Positions 27,387-36,378 of a DNA stretch of 64,000 bases are shown piece after piece (positions within the stretch are counted from its first letter, which is position 1; every line of letters begins with the position of its first letter). The position numbers and the translations under genes were made by a program. The notes beneath the pieces were generated by a model, which had not been told where the DNA came from, made no database searches, and saw nothing but the letters and a program-made list of their open reading frames with translations. The DNA comes from an uncultured Solirubrobacteraceae bacterium (lineage in GTDB: Bacteria; Actinomycetota; Thermoleophilia; Solirubrobacterales; Solirubrobacteraceae). The stretch spans positions 674,319 through 738,318 of the forward strand of contig CAVTKR010000005.1 in the NCBI GenBank assembly GCA_963735435.1. The letters run 5' to 3'.

Positions 27387-28838
27387 TCACCTGGCCGGCG
27401 AGCTGCGCCGCAGCACCGCGCGGACGTCGTCGAGCGACATCCCCCCGAGCGCGAGCAGCAGCGCCGGGTAGGTGACACAGGCGAGAGCGACCAGCACGGC
27501 GAGGCCCGCGCCGAGCACTTGTGCGATCGCGAGCTCGCCCGCGAGCAACACGGCGCAGACGGTCGTGCGCAAGATGCGGCCGTAGGTGATCTCGCCCAAG
27601 GGCACGCTCTCCGTCACGAGTTTGATCTCCAGACCGGCCACCAGCGCCTCGGTCGCGAGCGTCATCCAGGCGGCGGCGTGGAAGCCGAACACGGGCACGA
27701 ACGCGAGGTTGCCGGCGACGTTGAAGACGAGCGCCGCGAGGCAGATCTTCACCAGCCGTCCCTGCTTGCCCGTGACGAGGACCAGGTTGTCGAACAGGTA
27801 GCCGAAGGAGATCAGCACGAAGGCCCCGCCGAGGATCGGCAGGATCGCAGCGGCTTCGACGAATTCCTCGCCGAAGATCAGCCGCACAACCGGTTCGGAG
27901 GCAACGAGAGCGAAGGCCAGCGCCCCGAACGATCCGACACACAGCAGCTCGAGCGTGTTGCGGACAGCTCGCAGCAGACGATCGCGGTCGCTCGGCCAGG
28001 CGGCGGCGATCACCGGCGCCATCGTGGTCAGGATCGACCCCGGAACGAAGTGCGAGGATTCGAGCAGCACGTAGATCGACCCGTAGAGGCCCGCCTCCTT
28101 CGCGCCCCTGATCGAGAACACGATCACCTGGTCGATGCGCCCGTAGCCCATCACGAGCAGCCCAGTGATCCCCACCGGAACCGCACGCTGGAAGAGCGGG
28201 CGTGCGTAGCGCATCGTCGGGCGCGGCCAGCGCCCGACGAGTTTTCGCGCCGCGAACACGTTCACCAACGTCCCGCAGAGGTTCGTGACGACCATCGCGA
28301 TCGAAAGCGCGATCATGCCGCCGCCGTTCAGGTAGATGATCAGCACCGCTACGCCCCACAGCACGCTGCGCAGCGTCAGGACGACCATCGGCACGCGGTT
28401 GTCGACCCGCAGGTTGAACATCAGCGCGATCGCGCTGAGGCCCCCGAAGGGCATCGCCAGCACCAGGATCACGCCGGAGATCAGCATTTCCTGGCTCTCG
28501 TGCAACGCCACGACCGCGCCGAGCGCCGCGAGCGTGACCGGGCCCAGCAGGATGATCCGCACCATCATCACCGAGCCGAGCCAGTCGAACTCGCTGTCCG
28601 GCTCTCGCGACGCTTCGCGGATCGCGATCTGTTCGAACCCGAAGGTCGCGAAGTAGCCGATCAGGTCGATGACGATGAACGTCGTCCCCCACTGGCCGTA
28701 GTGGGCCTTGCCGAGCGTGCGCACCAGAAGCGCCGTGACGATCGTGCCCACCGCGAGGTTCGCGACTCGCACGACGACCTGCATCAGAATGTCGGAGGCC
28801 GCGCGCTGGCGGGTTACGTCGCGAGCTATGGTCGGCAT
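27387..28838 (-). CDS. Polysaccharide flippase (Wzx / MOP superfamily)
   Basis: About 12-14 TM segments in a polysaccharide-biosynthesis-protein layout. ATG 28838 (MPTIARDVTRQRAASDILMQVV...) chosen over the longer ORF-track start at 29069. Confidence 0.8.
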   Translation of the reverse strand: MPTIARDVTRQRAASDILMQVVVRVANLAVGTIVTALLVRTLGKAHYGQWGTTFIVIDLIGYFATFGFEQIAIREASREPDSEFDWLGSVMMVRIILLGPVTLAALGAVVALHESQEMLISGVILVLAMPFGGLSAIALMFNLRVDNRVPMVVLTLRSVLWGVAVLIIYLNGGGMIALSIAMVVTNLCGTLVNVFAARKLVGRWPRPTMRYARPLFQRAVPVGITGLLVMGYGRIDQVIVFSIRGAKEAGLYGSIYVLLESSHFVPGSILTTMAPVIAAAWPSDRDRLLRAVRNTLELLCVGSFGALAFALVASEPVVRLIFGEEFVEAAAILPILGGAFVLISFGYLFDNLVLVTGKQGRLVKICLAALVFNVAGNLAFVPVFGFHAAAWMTLATEALVAGLEIKLVTESVPLGEITYGRILRTTVCAVLLAGELAIAQVLGAGLAVLVALACVTYPALLLALGGMSLDDVRAVLRRSSPAR

Positions 28839-29049
28839 GTGCTCGACATTCTCGACCGAGGAAGGGTCACGATACCCACCATCGGCCGTACGGAGGGCGT
28901 TTTGTAGCGTAGGCGCCCTGCTCAAGGCCCTCCGGGGCCATGCCGATAGCGGCTGTAGCATCGGAGGCGCCGTCGCGGCGGCGCCGGCTGCTCGGGCACG
29001 CCCGAGCGATGACACATTCGCACACCCGAACAGAGAGGACCAGGACGAC

Positions 29050-30024
29050 GTGGGCACCATCTTGATCACCGGCGGCAGCGGTTACATCGGCTCCCTGCTC
29101 GCGGGCGAGCTCCAGGAGCACGGCCACGAGGTTCGGGTCCTCGACTCGCTGCTCCACGGCCAGGAGGACATCGCGAGCGAGCAGGAGGGCAAGGGCATCG
29201 AGGTCATCCGCGGGGACGTCCGCGACGGCGACGCTCGCGCTCGCGCCCTCGACGGCGTCGAAGGGGTCGTCCACCTCGCGGCGATCGTCGGCGACCCGGC
29301 CTGCGCCCGCGATCCACAGGAGTCCGACGAAGTCAACGTCCAGGCGACGGAGTCGCTGGTGGCCGACGCCAAAGCGGCCGGCGTGCAGCGGCTCGTGTTC
29401 GCCTCAACCTGCTCGAACTACGGCCGCATGGCCGACCCGACCGTCCCGATCACCGAGGACGGGGAACTGCGTCCCGTCTCGCTCTACGCCGAGCAGAAGG
29501 TGGGCATGGAGAAGCTGATCCTCGGCGGGGGCAGCAACGGGATGGCCCCGACGTGCCTGCGCTTCGCGACCGTCTACGGCGTCGGCCGGCGGATGCGCTT
29601 CGACCTGACCGTCAACGAGTTCACACGCGAACTGTGGGCCGACAAGGAGCTGGAAGTGTTCGGCGAGCAGTTCTGGCGCCCGTACATCCACGTCCGTGAC
29701 GCGGGCCGCGCCGTGCGCACCGTGCTCGAAGCCCCGGTCGAGAAGGTCGCAAGCAACGTCTTCAACGCCGGCCGCTCGGGCGAGAACTACCGCAAGCTCG
29801 ACATCGTCGAGGAGATCGGCAGGCAGACCGAGAAGGGCACGGTCACCTACGTCAAGAAGGACGAGGACCCGCGCGACTACAAGGTCAGCTTCGACAAGAT
29901 CAAGGCCGAGCTGGGCTTCGAGACGCTGATGACGGTGCCCGACGGGATCGCCGAGATCATGCAGGCGCTCGACCAGGGGCGCTTCGGCGACCCGTACGAC
30001 CCGCGCTACAAGAACATCCCGTAG
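29050..30024 (+). CDS. NAD-dependent epimerase/dehydratase (extended SDR)
   Basis: GTG 29050 preceded by GAGAGGA. ILITGGSGYIGSLL Rossmann motif and YAEQK (YxxxK). The upstream part of ORF 28708.. is antisense to the flippase gene. Confidence 0.85.
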   Translation: MGTILITGGSGYIGSLLAGELQEHGHEVRVLDSLLHGQEDIASEQEGKGIEVIRGDVRDGDARARALDGVEGVVHLAAIVGDPACARDPQESDEVNVQATESLVADAKAAGVQRLVFASTCSNYGRMADPTVPITEDGELRPVSLYAEQKVGMEKLILGGGSNGMAPTCLRFATVYGVGRRMRFDLTVNEFTRELWADKELEVFGEQFWRPYIHVRDAGRAVRTVLEAPVEKVASNVFNAGRSGENYRKLDIVEEIGRQTEKGTVTYVKKDEDPRDYKVSFDKIKAELGFETLMTVPDGIAEIMQALDQGRFGDPYDPRYKNIP

Positions 30025-30032
30025 AGACCGTC

Positions 30033-31184
30033 TTGGCGTCCACGGAGACCTTCCCGGAGCTTCCGCTCTTCGACCTGCAGCTCCAGCCGCAGGATCTCGA
30101 GGCGGTGGCCGAGACGCTGCGCTCGGGCTGGCTGACGCTCGGACCCCGGACCGCGGAGTTCGAGCGCGTCTTCGCCGAGCACCTGGGCGCCAAGCACGCG
30201 ATCGCCGTCTCGAGCTGCACCGCGGCGCTGCACCTCGCCTACCTCGCGGCCGGGGTCGGCCCGGGGGACGAGGTGATCGTCCCCGCGTTCACGTTCGCGG
30301 CAACCGCCACCGCTGCGATCTACTGCGGCGCCGACCCGGTGTTCGCCGAGATCGTCTCGCGGGAGGTCCCGAGTCTCGACCCCGAGGACGTCGAGCGGCA
30401 CATCACGCCGCGGACGAAGGCCGTCTGCATCGTTCACTACGCCGGCTACGCCGCCGCCGCCGACCGCATGAAGGAGATCTGCGACCGCCACGGCATCGCA
30501 CTGATCGAGGACGTCGCGCATGCCCCGAGCGCGACGCTCGGAGGGCGCAAGCTCGGCACCTGGGGCCTCGCTGGTGCGTTCAGCTTCTTCTCCAACAAGG
30601 TCCTCTCCGTCGGAGAGGGCGGGCTCCTCTGCACCGACAGCGACGAGGTCGCGGCGTTCGTGCGCTCACATCGCTCCCACTGCATGACGAGCGGGACCTG
30701 GGACCGTCACAGCGGCCGCACCGACACCTATGACGTCGTCGGTCTCGGCTTCAACTACCGCCTCGACGAGCCGCGCTCGGCCCTGCTGCTCTCACGCATG
30801 GGGCGCCTCGACCAGGAAATCGAGCGCCGGCGCGAGCTGACGCTCCGCTACCGCTCACTGCTCTCCCAGGTCGAGGGCATCGTCCTGCCGTTCACCGATG
30901 AGGAGGTCCACACCTCCTCCGCGTACGTGATCCCGATCATGCTCGAGGAGGACGGCACACAGGGCGAGGTCTCGAGCCGCCTGCGCGAGCGCGGCATCCA
31001 GACGAGCATCTTCTACCCCTCGATTCACCGCTTCACGGCCTATCGCAAGCGCTACCCCGGCGTCTCGCTCCCGATCACCGAGCTGGCCTCGCGGACCGAG
31101 CTGACCCTCCCCTTCTACCCCCACATGAGCGACGACGACCAGGACCGGGTCGTCACCGCGCTGGCCGAGGCGGTGCGGCGATGA
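30033..31184 (+). CDS. DegT/DnrJ/EryC1/StrS family sugar aminotransferase, paralogue 1
   Basis: Fold-type I PLP pattern with the conserved Lys in FSFFSNKVLSVGEGG. TTG start. Confidence 0.9.
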   Translation: MASTETFPELPLFDLQLQPQDLEAVAETLRSGWLTLGPRTAEFERVFAEHLGAKHAIAVSSCTAALHLAYLAAGVGPGDEVIVPAFTFAATATAAIYCGADPVFAEIVSREVPSLDPEDVERHITPRTKAVCIVHYAGYAAAADRMKEICDRHGIALIEDVAHAPSATLGGRKLGTWGLAGAFSFFSNKVLSVGEGGLLCTDSDEVAAFVRSHRSHCMTSGTWDRHSGRTDTYDVVGLGFNYRLDEPRSALLLSRMGRLDQEIERRRELTLRYRSLLSQVEGIVLPFTDEEVHTSSAYVIPIMLEEDGTQGEVSSRLRERGIQTSIFYPSIHRFTAYRKRYPGVSLPITELASRTELTLPFYPHMSDDDQDRVVTALAEAVRR

Positions 31185-32323
31185 GCGACTGGCGCGTGCC
31201 GCTGACCGACATCGCCGTCCCCGAGCAGGACGTCCAGGCGGTGCTCGAGTGCCTCGACTCGGGCTGGCTGACCATGGGCCCGCGGATCGCGGCCTTCGAG
31301 CAGGCGCTGAAAGACTTCGTCGGCGTCGAGCACGCGGTCACCGTGTCCTCCGGCACAGCCGCGCTGCACCTGGCGTGTCTTGCGGCCGGGCTCGGTCCCG
31401 GCGATGAGGTGATCGTGCCCGCCTTCACATTCGTGGCCAGCGCCGCGGCGATCCGCTACGTCGGGGCCACGCCCGTCCTGTGCGACGTCGTCTCGCCGCG
31501 CGAGTTCGTCCTCGACCCCGCGGACGTCGCGCGCCGCATCACGCCGCGCACGAAGGCCGTGATCGCGGTCCACTTCTGCGGCTACCCGGCCGCCCTCGCC
31601 GAGCTGCGAGCGCTCTGCGACGAGCACGGGCTCGTGCTGATCGAGGACTGCGCCCAGGCGATCGGCGCGACCGTGGACGAGAGCGAGCGGCAGGTCGGGA
31701 CGGTCGGCGAGCTCGGGGCGTTCAGCTTCTTCTCCAAGAAGCAGCTCTGCGTCGGCGAGGGCGGGATGGTGAGCTGCGCCGCCGGCGAGCACGCCGAGCG
31801 CGTCCGGCTGCTGCGCTCGCACGCGCTGACAAGCAGCACCTGGGACCGCCACCGCGGACACGACCCCGCGTACGACATCGTCGACATCGGCTTCAACTAC
31901 CGCATGGACGAGCCGCGCGCGGCCCTCGGGCTGAGCCGCCTCGGGCGTCTGGCCGGCTCGTTGAGCGCCCGTCGCGAGACGGTCCGCGCCTACCGCGAGC
32001 AGCTCGCCGGCATCGAGGGCCTCGAGCTCTGCTTCGACGAGGAGGCGGTCGCGCGCTCCTCGCACTTCGCCTTCCCGGTGCTCGTCTCCGATCGCGAGCG
32101 GCGCGACCGTTTCCGCGACCAGCTCAAAGACGCCGGCATCCAGACGACCTGGTACCCGGCGCTTCACAGCTTCACCGACTACGCCTCCTACGCCCCGGCG
32201 GGTGGCCTGCCCGCGGCCACCGAGGTCGCATCCCGCCATTGCGCGCTGCCGCTCAGCTCGAGCACGACCCCCGAGGAGATCGAGACGGTGGTCGAGGCTG
32301 TGCGCACGGCGCTGGCGAGCTAG
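31181..32323 (+). CDS. DegT/DnrJ/EryC1/StrS family sugar aminotransferase, paralogue 2
   Basis: ATGA overlap with paralogue 1. Conserved Lys in FSFFSKKQLCVGEGG. Confidence 0.9.
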   Translation: MSDWRVPLTDIAVPEQDVQAVLECLDSGWLTMGPRIAAFEQALKDFVGVEHAVTVSSGTAALHLACLAAGLGPGDEVIVPAFTFVASAAAIRYVGATPVLCDVVSPREFVLDPADVARRITPRTKAVIAVHFCGYPAALAELRALCDEHGLVLIEDCAQAIGATVDESERQVGTVGELGAFSFFSKKQLCVGEGGMVSCAAGEHAERVRLLRSHALTSSTWDRHRGHDPAYDIVDIGFNYRMDEPRAALGLSRLGRLAGSLSARRETVRAYREQLAGIEGLELCFDEEAVARSSHFAFPVLVSDRERRDRFRDQLKDAGIQTTWYPALHSFTDYASYAPAGGLPAATEVASRHCALPLSSSTTPEEIETVVEAVRTALAS

Positions 32324-32346
32324 CCGAGTCTCCCCACCCGGCGGGG

Positions 32347-33624
32347 TCAGGCGACGAAGTGCCAGAGCGCGAATTTCGCGCTGACGTAAGCCGCGCACGC
32401 GCCGGACACGAGCAGCACCGGCCGCTGCAGGCGCGGGCGCCGCTGAAGCCAGAACGCGAGCCACATCGCGATCGGGAACAGCACCGCGACGAACCGCGAC
32501 ATCGAGAGCAGCTGTTCGGGCTCCGGGTTCGACAGCGGCGGGATCAGCGCCACGATCATCCACAGCCCGTAGGCGAGCGGCAGACGCCGCAGGACCCCGA
32601 CCGCCGCGACCGCCGCGAACAACAACGAGGCGAGCTGCAGCACCTGGTTGCCGTGGTGTTCGACCACGGTCTGTTTGATCGCCCGCCACACCGTCACCAG
32701 CGGGAAGGTGCCGGTGCGTTCCCAGGCCGTGTGCTCGGTGCTGAACGGGCTCAGAGGGTGCCCACCCGCGAGCGCCAGGCCGGCAAAGAAGGCGAGCAGC
32801 CCAAGCGGGATCAGACCCAGCCAGATGACATCGCGGCGGATCCTGTAACGCGGAAGCAGGCGCGAACCGAGCGTCTGCCCTCCGGCGCGGTCAGGCCGGC
32901 GATCCTCCCGGGGCCCGTAGAGATAGATGACGAGCGCCGGCACCAGCAGCAGCACTCCAGGACTGCGCGTTGCGCCTGCCAGCAATCCCGCAACGCCGGC
33001 CCAGGCCCATCGCCCGGTGCGCGCGCACAGGAAGACCGCGACCGCGAGCGCCATGAACAGCGACTCGGTGTAGACGGCCGAGAAGAACACGGCGAGCGGA
33101 GAGAACGCCAGCAGGAGCACCGCGAGTCCCGCCGTCCGCGCGGCCGGCTCGGCCGTGAGGCCGGTGCGTGCGAACTCGAGCACCGTCAGACGGTGCACCC
33201 CGTAGAGCGCCAGGCCGAGCGCCACGAGCGAGATCAGCACGCCTGCGAGGATCAGCGGCATCGCGACTCCCAAGAGCTTCACGAGCAGCGGGTACAGCGG
33301 GAAGAACGAGAGGCGCCGGTTCGTAGCGGAGGCGAGGTTCCCGTACCCGTGGGCTGCGATCGCGAGGTAGTAGGCGCCATCCCACCGCGCGGCAGGCCCG
33401 GCCAGCACTTCCCCGACCGAGCCGAGCCCCGAGGTCAAACCGCGCGGGTCGTACGCGATGTGGGTTTCGCCCGACTGATTGAAGACCGCGCCCGCGAAGA
33501 CCCCCGCCGCCCAGACGAGGAGCCGCGAGGTCCACAGAGCCCGCCACGCCGAGCGTGCCGCCTGCGAGCGCTCCGTGTCCTGGCGCGTCGAGGCCAAGGC
33601 CTGCGTCGCGGGAGCCGTGCTCAT
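32347..33624 (-). CDS. Polytopic GT-C type membrane glycosyltransferase, PIG-V/mannosyltransferase-like
   Basis: About 9-10 TM segments. The first extracytoplasmic loop carries RWDGAYYLAIAAHGY, which resembles the WD..Y..IA..GY motif of PIG-V-type mannosyltransferases (recalled from memory, needs an HMM check). Confidence 0.55.
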   Translation of the reverse strand: MSTAPATQALASTRQDTERSQAARSAWRALWTSRLLVWAAGVFAGAVFNQSGETHIAYDPRGLTSGLGSVGEVLAGPAARWDGAYYLAIAAHGYGNLASATNRRLSFFPLYPLLVKLLGVAMPLILAGVLISLVALGLALYGVHRLTVLEFARTGLTAEPAARTAGLAVLLLAFSPLAVFFSAVYTESLFMALAVAVFLCARTGRWAWAGVAGLLAGATRSPGVLLLVPALVIYLYGPREDRRPDRAGGQTLGSRLLPRYRIRRDVIWLGLIPLGLLAFFAGLALAGGHPLSPFSTEHTAWERTGTFPLVTVWRAIKQTVVEHHGNQVLQLASLLFAAVAAVGVLRRLPLAYGLWMIVALIPPLSNPEPEQLLSMSRFVAVLFPIAMWLAFWLQRRPRLQRPVLLVSGACAAYVSAKFALWHFVA

Positions 33625-33770
33625 ACCGGCCTTGCGAGGAAGGCGTCGCTCGTCTCAGTGGATGCGGGCCTGGTGGCTCGAGGACGCAAGCCTCCGCATA
33701 GTTACCCAAAACTCGTGCAGAGGATTGAGACTTGCCCGACGGTCGGTCGGTCCCGCCCTGGTGACGGCCG

Positions 33771-34496
33771 CTACCCGCCCGGGATCAGCCGGTGGCGCAC
33801 CGAGTTGAACTCCTCCTGGGCCTGCTCGTAGTCGTCGTGGCGCCCGATGTCGAGCCAGTAGTCGTCGCTCAGCCACGAGCGGACGATGTCGCCGTCGGCG
33901 ATCAAGCGGAGGATCAGGTCCGGGAAGTCGAGCCGCTCGTCCGGGACGATGTGCTTCAGGGCGCGCGGCGCGAAGCAGTAGACGCCCATCGAGGCGATGT
34001 AGTCGATCTCGGGCTTCTCGTCGTAGCCGGTGAGCCGGGTCGGGTCGCTGTCGTCGCCGAAGCGCAGGACGCCGAGCGAGACCTGGATGTGGCGCTTCTT
34101 GGTGGCGATCGTCGCCGCCGCGTCGGAGTCGGCATGGCGTGCGAGCAGGGCGCCGTAGTCGATGTCGGTGAGGACGTCGCCGTTCATCACCAGCACGTTG
34201 TCCTCGCCGAGCCCGTCGATCAGCGCCAGCGCCCCGACGGTGCCGAGCGGTTCACGCTCGCGGAAGTAGTCGATCTTGACCCCATAGCTCTCGCCGTCGC
34301 GGAAGAAGGCCTCAATCAGCTCCGCCAGGTAGCCGGTCGCCATCGTGATGTGCTCGAAGCCGTGCGCCTTGAGCTGGCGGACGACGATGTCGAGCACCGG
34401 GCGGTCGCCGATCGGCATCAACGGCTTCGGCAGCACCGTCGTATAAGGGCGCAGGCGAGTGCCCTCGCCGCCTGCGAGAATGACCGCGCGCTTCAC
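33771..34496 (-). CDS. Sugar-phosphate nucleotidyltransferase (NTP_transferase family)
   Basis: AVILAGGEGTRLRPYTTVLPKPLMPIG signature. GTG 34496 chosen, giving 241 aa; the ORF-track start at 34754 adds an Arg-rich extension. Confidence 0.85.
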   Translation of the reverse strand: MKRAVILAGGEGTRLRPYTTVLPKPLMPIGDRPVLDIVVRQLKAHGFEHITMATGYLAELIEAFFRDGESYGVKIDYFREREPLGTVGALALIDGLGEDNVLVMNGDVLTDIDYGALLARHADSDAAATIATKKRHIQVSLGVLRFGDDSDPTRLTGYDEKPEIDYIASMGVYCFAPRALKHIVPDERLDFPDLILRLIADGDIVRSWLSDDYWLDIGRHDDYEQAQEEFNSVRHRLIPGG

Positions 34497-34602
34497 CGGA
34501 GGGGGCGGAGAAGGGTCGTGCCGGGCCTTGACGGTGCGAACACGCTGCAAGCATACGGAGCTGCAATGACGACCCTCTCGTGACACGACCACCGGATCCG
34601 CG

Positions 34603-35472
34603 ATGAGCGCCCGCGATCCCTTACGCGCGCTGCGCAGGCGCCCTGCCGCGGCGCGGGCTCTGGCCCGCGCCCACGGCCTGCTGTTGCCGCCGCTCCGGGC
34701 CTGCAACGCAGGCCTGCGCCGCCTGACGGCCGCGATGCACCGGCTCCAGTACAAGGTCGAGGGGTTCCTGAGCCCGTCGGCGGAGTGGTTCGACCACGAG
34801 ATCGACGTGCACTGGCAGTGGCCTGCCCTAGGTCACGCGAGCTTCTTGGAGCGCGGTGTGCTGAGCGCGCTCGCGATCCGCCCGGGCGCCGAGGTGCTCG
34901 AGCTCTGCTGCGGCGACGGCTTCAGCGCCGCGCGCTTCTATGCCCCGCGCGCCCGGCGGGTCCTCGCGCTCGACAATAACGAGGAGGCGCTCGACCACGC
35001 CAGGCGCCGCCATTCGCGCCCGAACGTCGAGTTCAGGTGGGGCGACGTCCGCGAGGAGCTCCCGGCGGGCCCCTTCGACAACGTGATCTGGGACTCGGCC
35101 ATACACCACTTCACGCTGGCCGAGGCGGCCACCGTGCTGGCCGGCGCCCACCGCTCGCTGCGGGCCGGCGGGGTGCTCTCCGGCTACACGGTGATCGAAC
35201 CAGGCGACGACTACGAGTACTCGCGCATCACCTTCGCCCAGCCGGGTGACCTGCTCGCGCTGCTCGAGCGCGAGTTCGCTCATGTCGCGGTCGTGGAGAC
35301 CAGCGAGGCGCAGCGGCGCAACCTCTACTTCTTCGCCTCCGACGTGCGATCGGTGCTGCCGTTCCCCGAGGGTGTGACGAGCTCAGGCGGCGAGGCGGCT
35401 GGCGTCGACCTCGGCGAGGAAGTCCTCCCAACGGGCCGCATAGGGCGCGATCGCGGCCAGCAGGCGGCGTAG
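34603..35472 (+). CDS. Class I SAM-dependent methyltransferase
   Basis: Motif I VLELCCGDGFSAARF and post-I VLALDNN. The true start may be the internal ATG at 34735 (MHRLQYKVEG...). Confidence 0.75.
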   Translation: MSARDPLRALRRRPAAARALARAHGLLLPPLRACNAGLRRLTAAMHRLQYKVEGFLSPSAEWFDHEIDVHWQWPALGHASFLERGVLSALAIRPGAEVLELCCGDGFSAARFYAPRARRVLALDNNEEALDHARRRHSRPNVEFRWGDVREELPAGPFDNVIWDSAIHHFTLAEAATVLAGAHRSLRAGGVLSGYTVIEPGDDYEYSRITFAQPGDLLALLEREFAHVAVVETSEAQRRNLYFFASDVRSVLPFPEGVTSSGGEAAGVDLGEEVLPTGRIGRDRGQQAA

Positions 35473-36378
35473 CTCCGCGAAGCCGTCGTCGGCCTCCCAG
35501 CCCCAGTGGAGCACGATCGGCGCCCAGAGCGCCGACTGGCCCTCGATCAGGCGCGAGGCCCCGTCCAGCACCTCGCCCGCGTGGCCGTAGAGCGGGTGAT
35601 ACGCGGGCAGGTAGACGGCGTCGTCCCGCCAGACCGGGCTGCGCTGGAAGCCGAGCAGGCCGACCGTCTCAGGCCCTCCGCACACAACGTCGAACTCACG
35701 GGCGAGCACCGGGTACTGGCGCGCGTCGAAGCGGTTGTACGGCGGCACGAAGACGCGGGGGCGGATGCCCGACGGCTCGAGCTCGGACAGCGCGGTCGCG
35801 AGCAGCTCCTCGGTCTCGCTCACGCTCAGTCCGCACAGCTCGGAGTGGCGCCGGGGGGAGGCGTGACGCGTGCGGTGGTCGAGGCCGTGCAGCCCGTAGA
35901 TGACGCCCTCGGCGGGCATCCTGGCCAGCAGCGCGCGCTCGTCGTCCTCGAGCGCCCGCCAGCGCGTCCCGGCCGGATCGAGCGACGCGTTCGAGACGCG
36001 CGGCAGCACGGCCACCAGATACGGCACGCCCGCGTCGTGCATCAGCTCGTGGAAGCGCAGATAGGCGCTCGTGCCGTAGCGCTCAGGTTCGTCCCAGGCC
36101 ATGTAGTGGGGGAACTCGTCCATGCGGATCAGGAACCGCGGCGGCCCCTCGGCGGCGTCGCCCAGGGCCGCGCGGCGCGCGGCCATCAGAGGCGCCGCAA
36201 CCGCCTGCTCGTACTCGAGCCGCCCCAGCTTGCGCTGGACGCGCTGGAGGAAGCGCACAGGCGCTGAGGGCACCCGACGCGGGCGCACTGCCGCGCGCAC
36301 GGCTCGCAGGCGCTCCGCGCCGGGAGGCGCGCCGGGACCGAGCAGCAGCCTGGTGCTCCTCGCGAGCTCGTCAGCCAT
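35383..36378 (-). CDS. DUF2334 / polysaccharide deacetylase-like protein
   Basis: FLIRMDEFPHY...VPYLVAVLPRVS...YGLHGLDHRTR pattern of the DUF2334 family. ATG 36378 overlaps the stop of the upstream GT (ATGGCTGA). Confidence 0.65.
   Translation of the reverse strand: MADELARSTRLLLGPGAPPGAERLRAVRAAVRPRRVPSAPVRFLQRVQRKLGRLEYEQAVAAPLMAARRAALGDAAEGPPRFLIRMDEFPHYMAWDEPERYGTSAYLRFHELMHDAGVPYLVAVLPRVSNASLDPAGTRWRALEDDERALLARMPAEGVIYGLHGLDHRTRHASPRRHSELCGLSVSETEELLATALSELEPSGIRPRVFVPPYNRFDARQYPVLAREFDVVCGGPETVGLLGFQRSPVWRDDAVYLPAYHPLYGHAGEVLDGASRLIEGQSALWAPIVLHWGWEADDGFAELRRLLAAIAPYAARWEDFLAEVDASRLAA

Noticed and set aside
27519-28907. 462-aa plus-strand ORF
   Set aside because: It is antisense to the flippase gene and is extremely rich in Asp/Arg/His/Glu, inconsistent with any fold.
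31115-33831. 524-aa minus-strand and 783-aa plus-strand ORFs spanning the DegT and PIG-V-like genes
   Set aside because: Both are alternative or antisense frames of genes with clear family motifs, and their products are Arg/Pro/Gly-rich.
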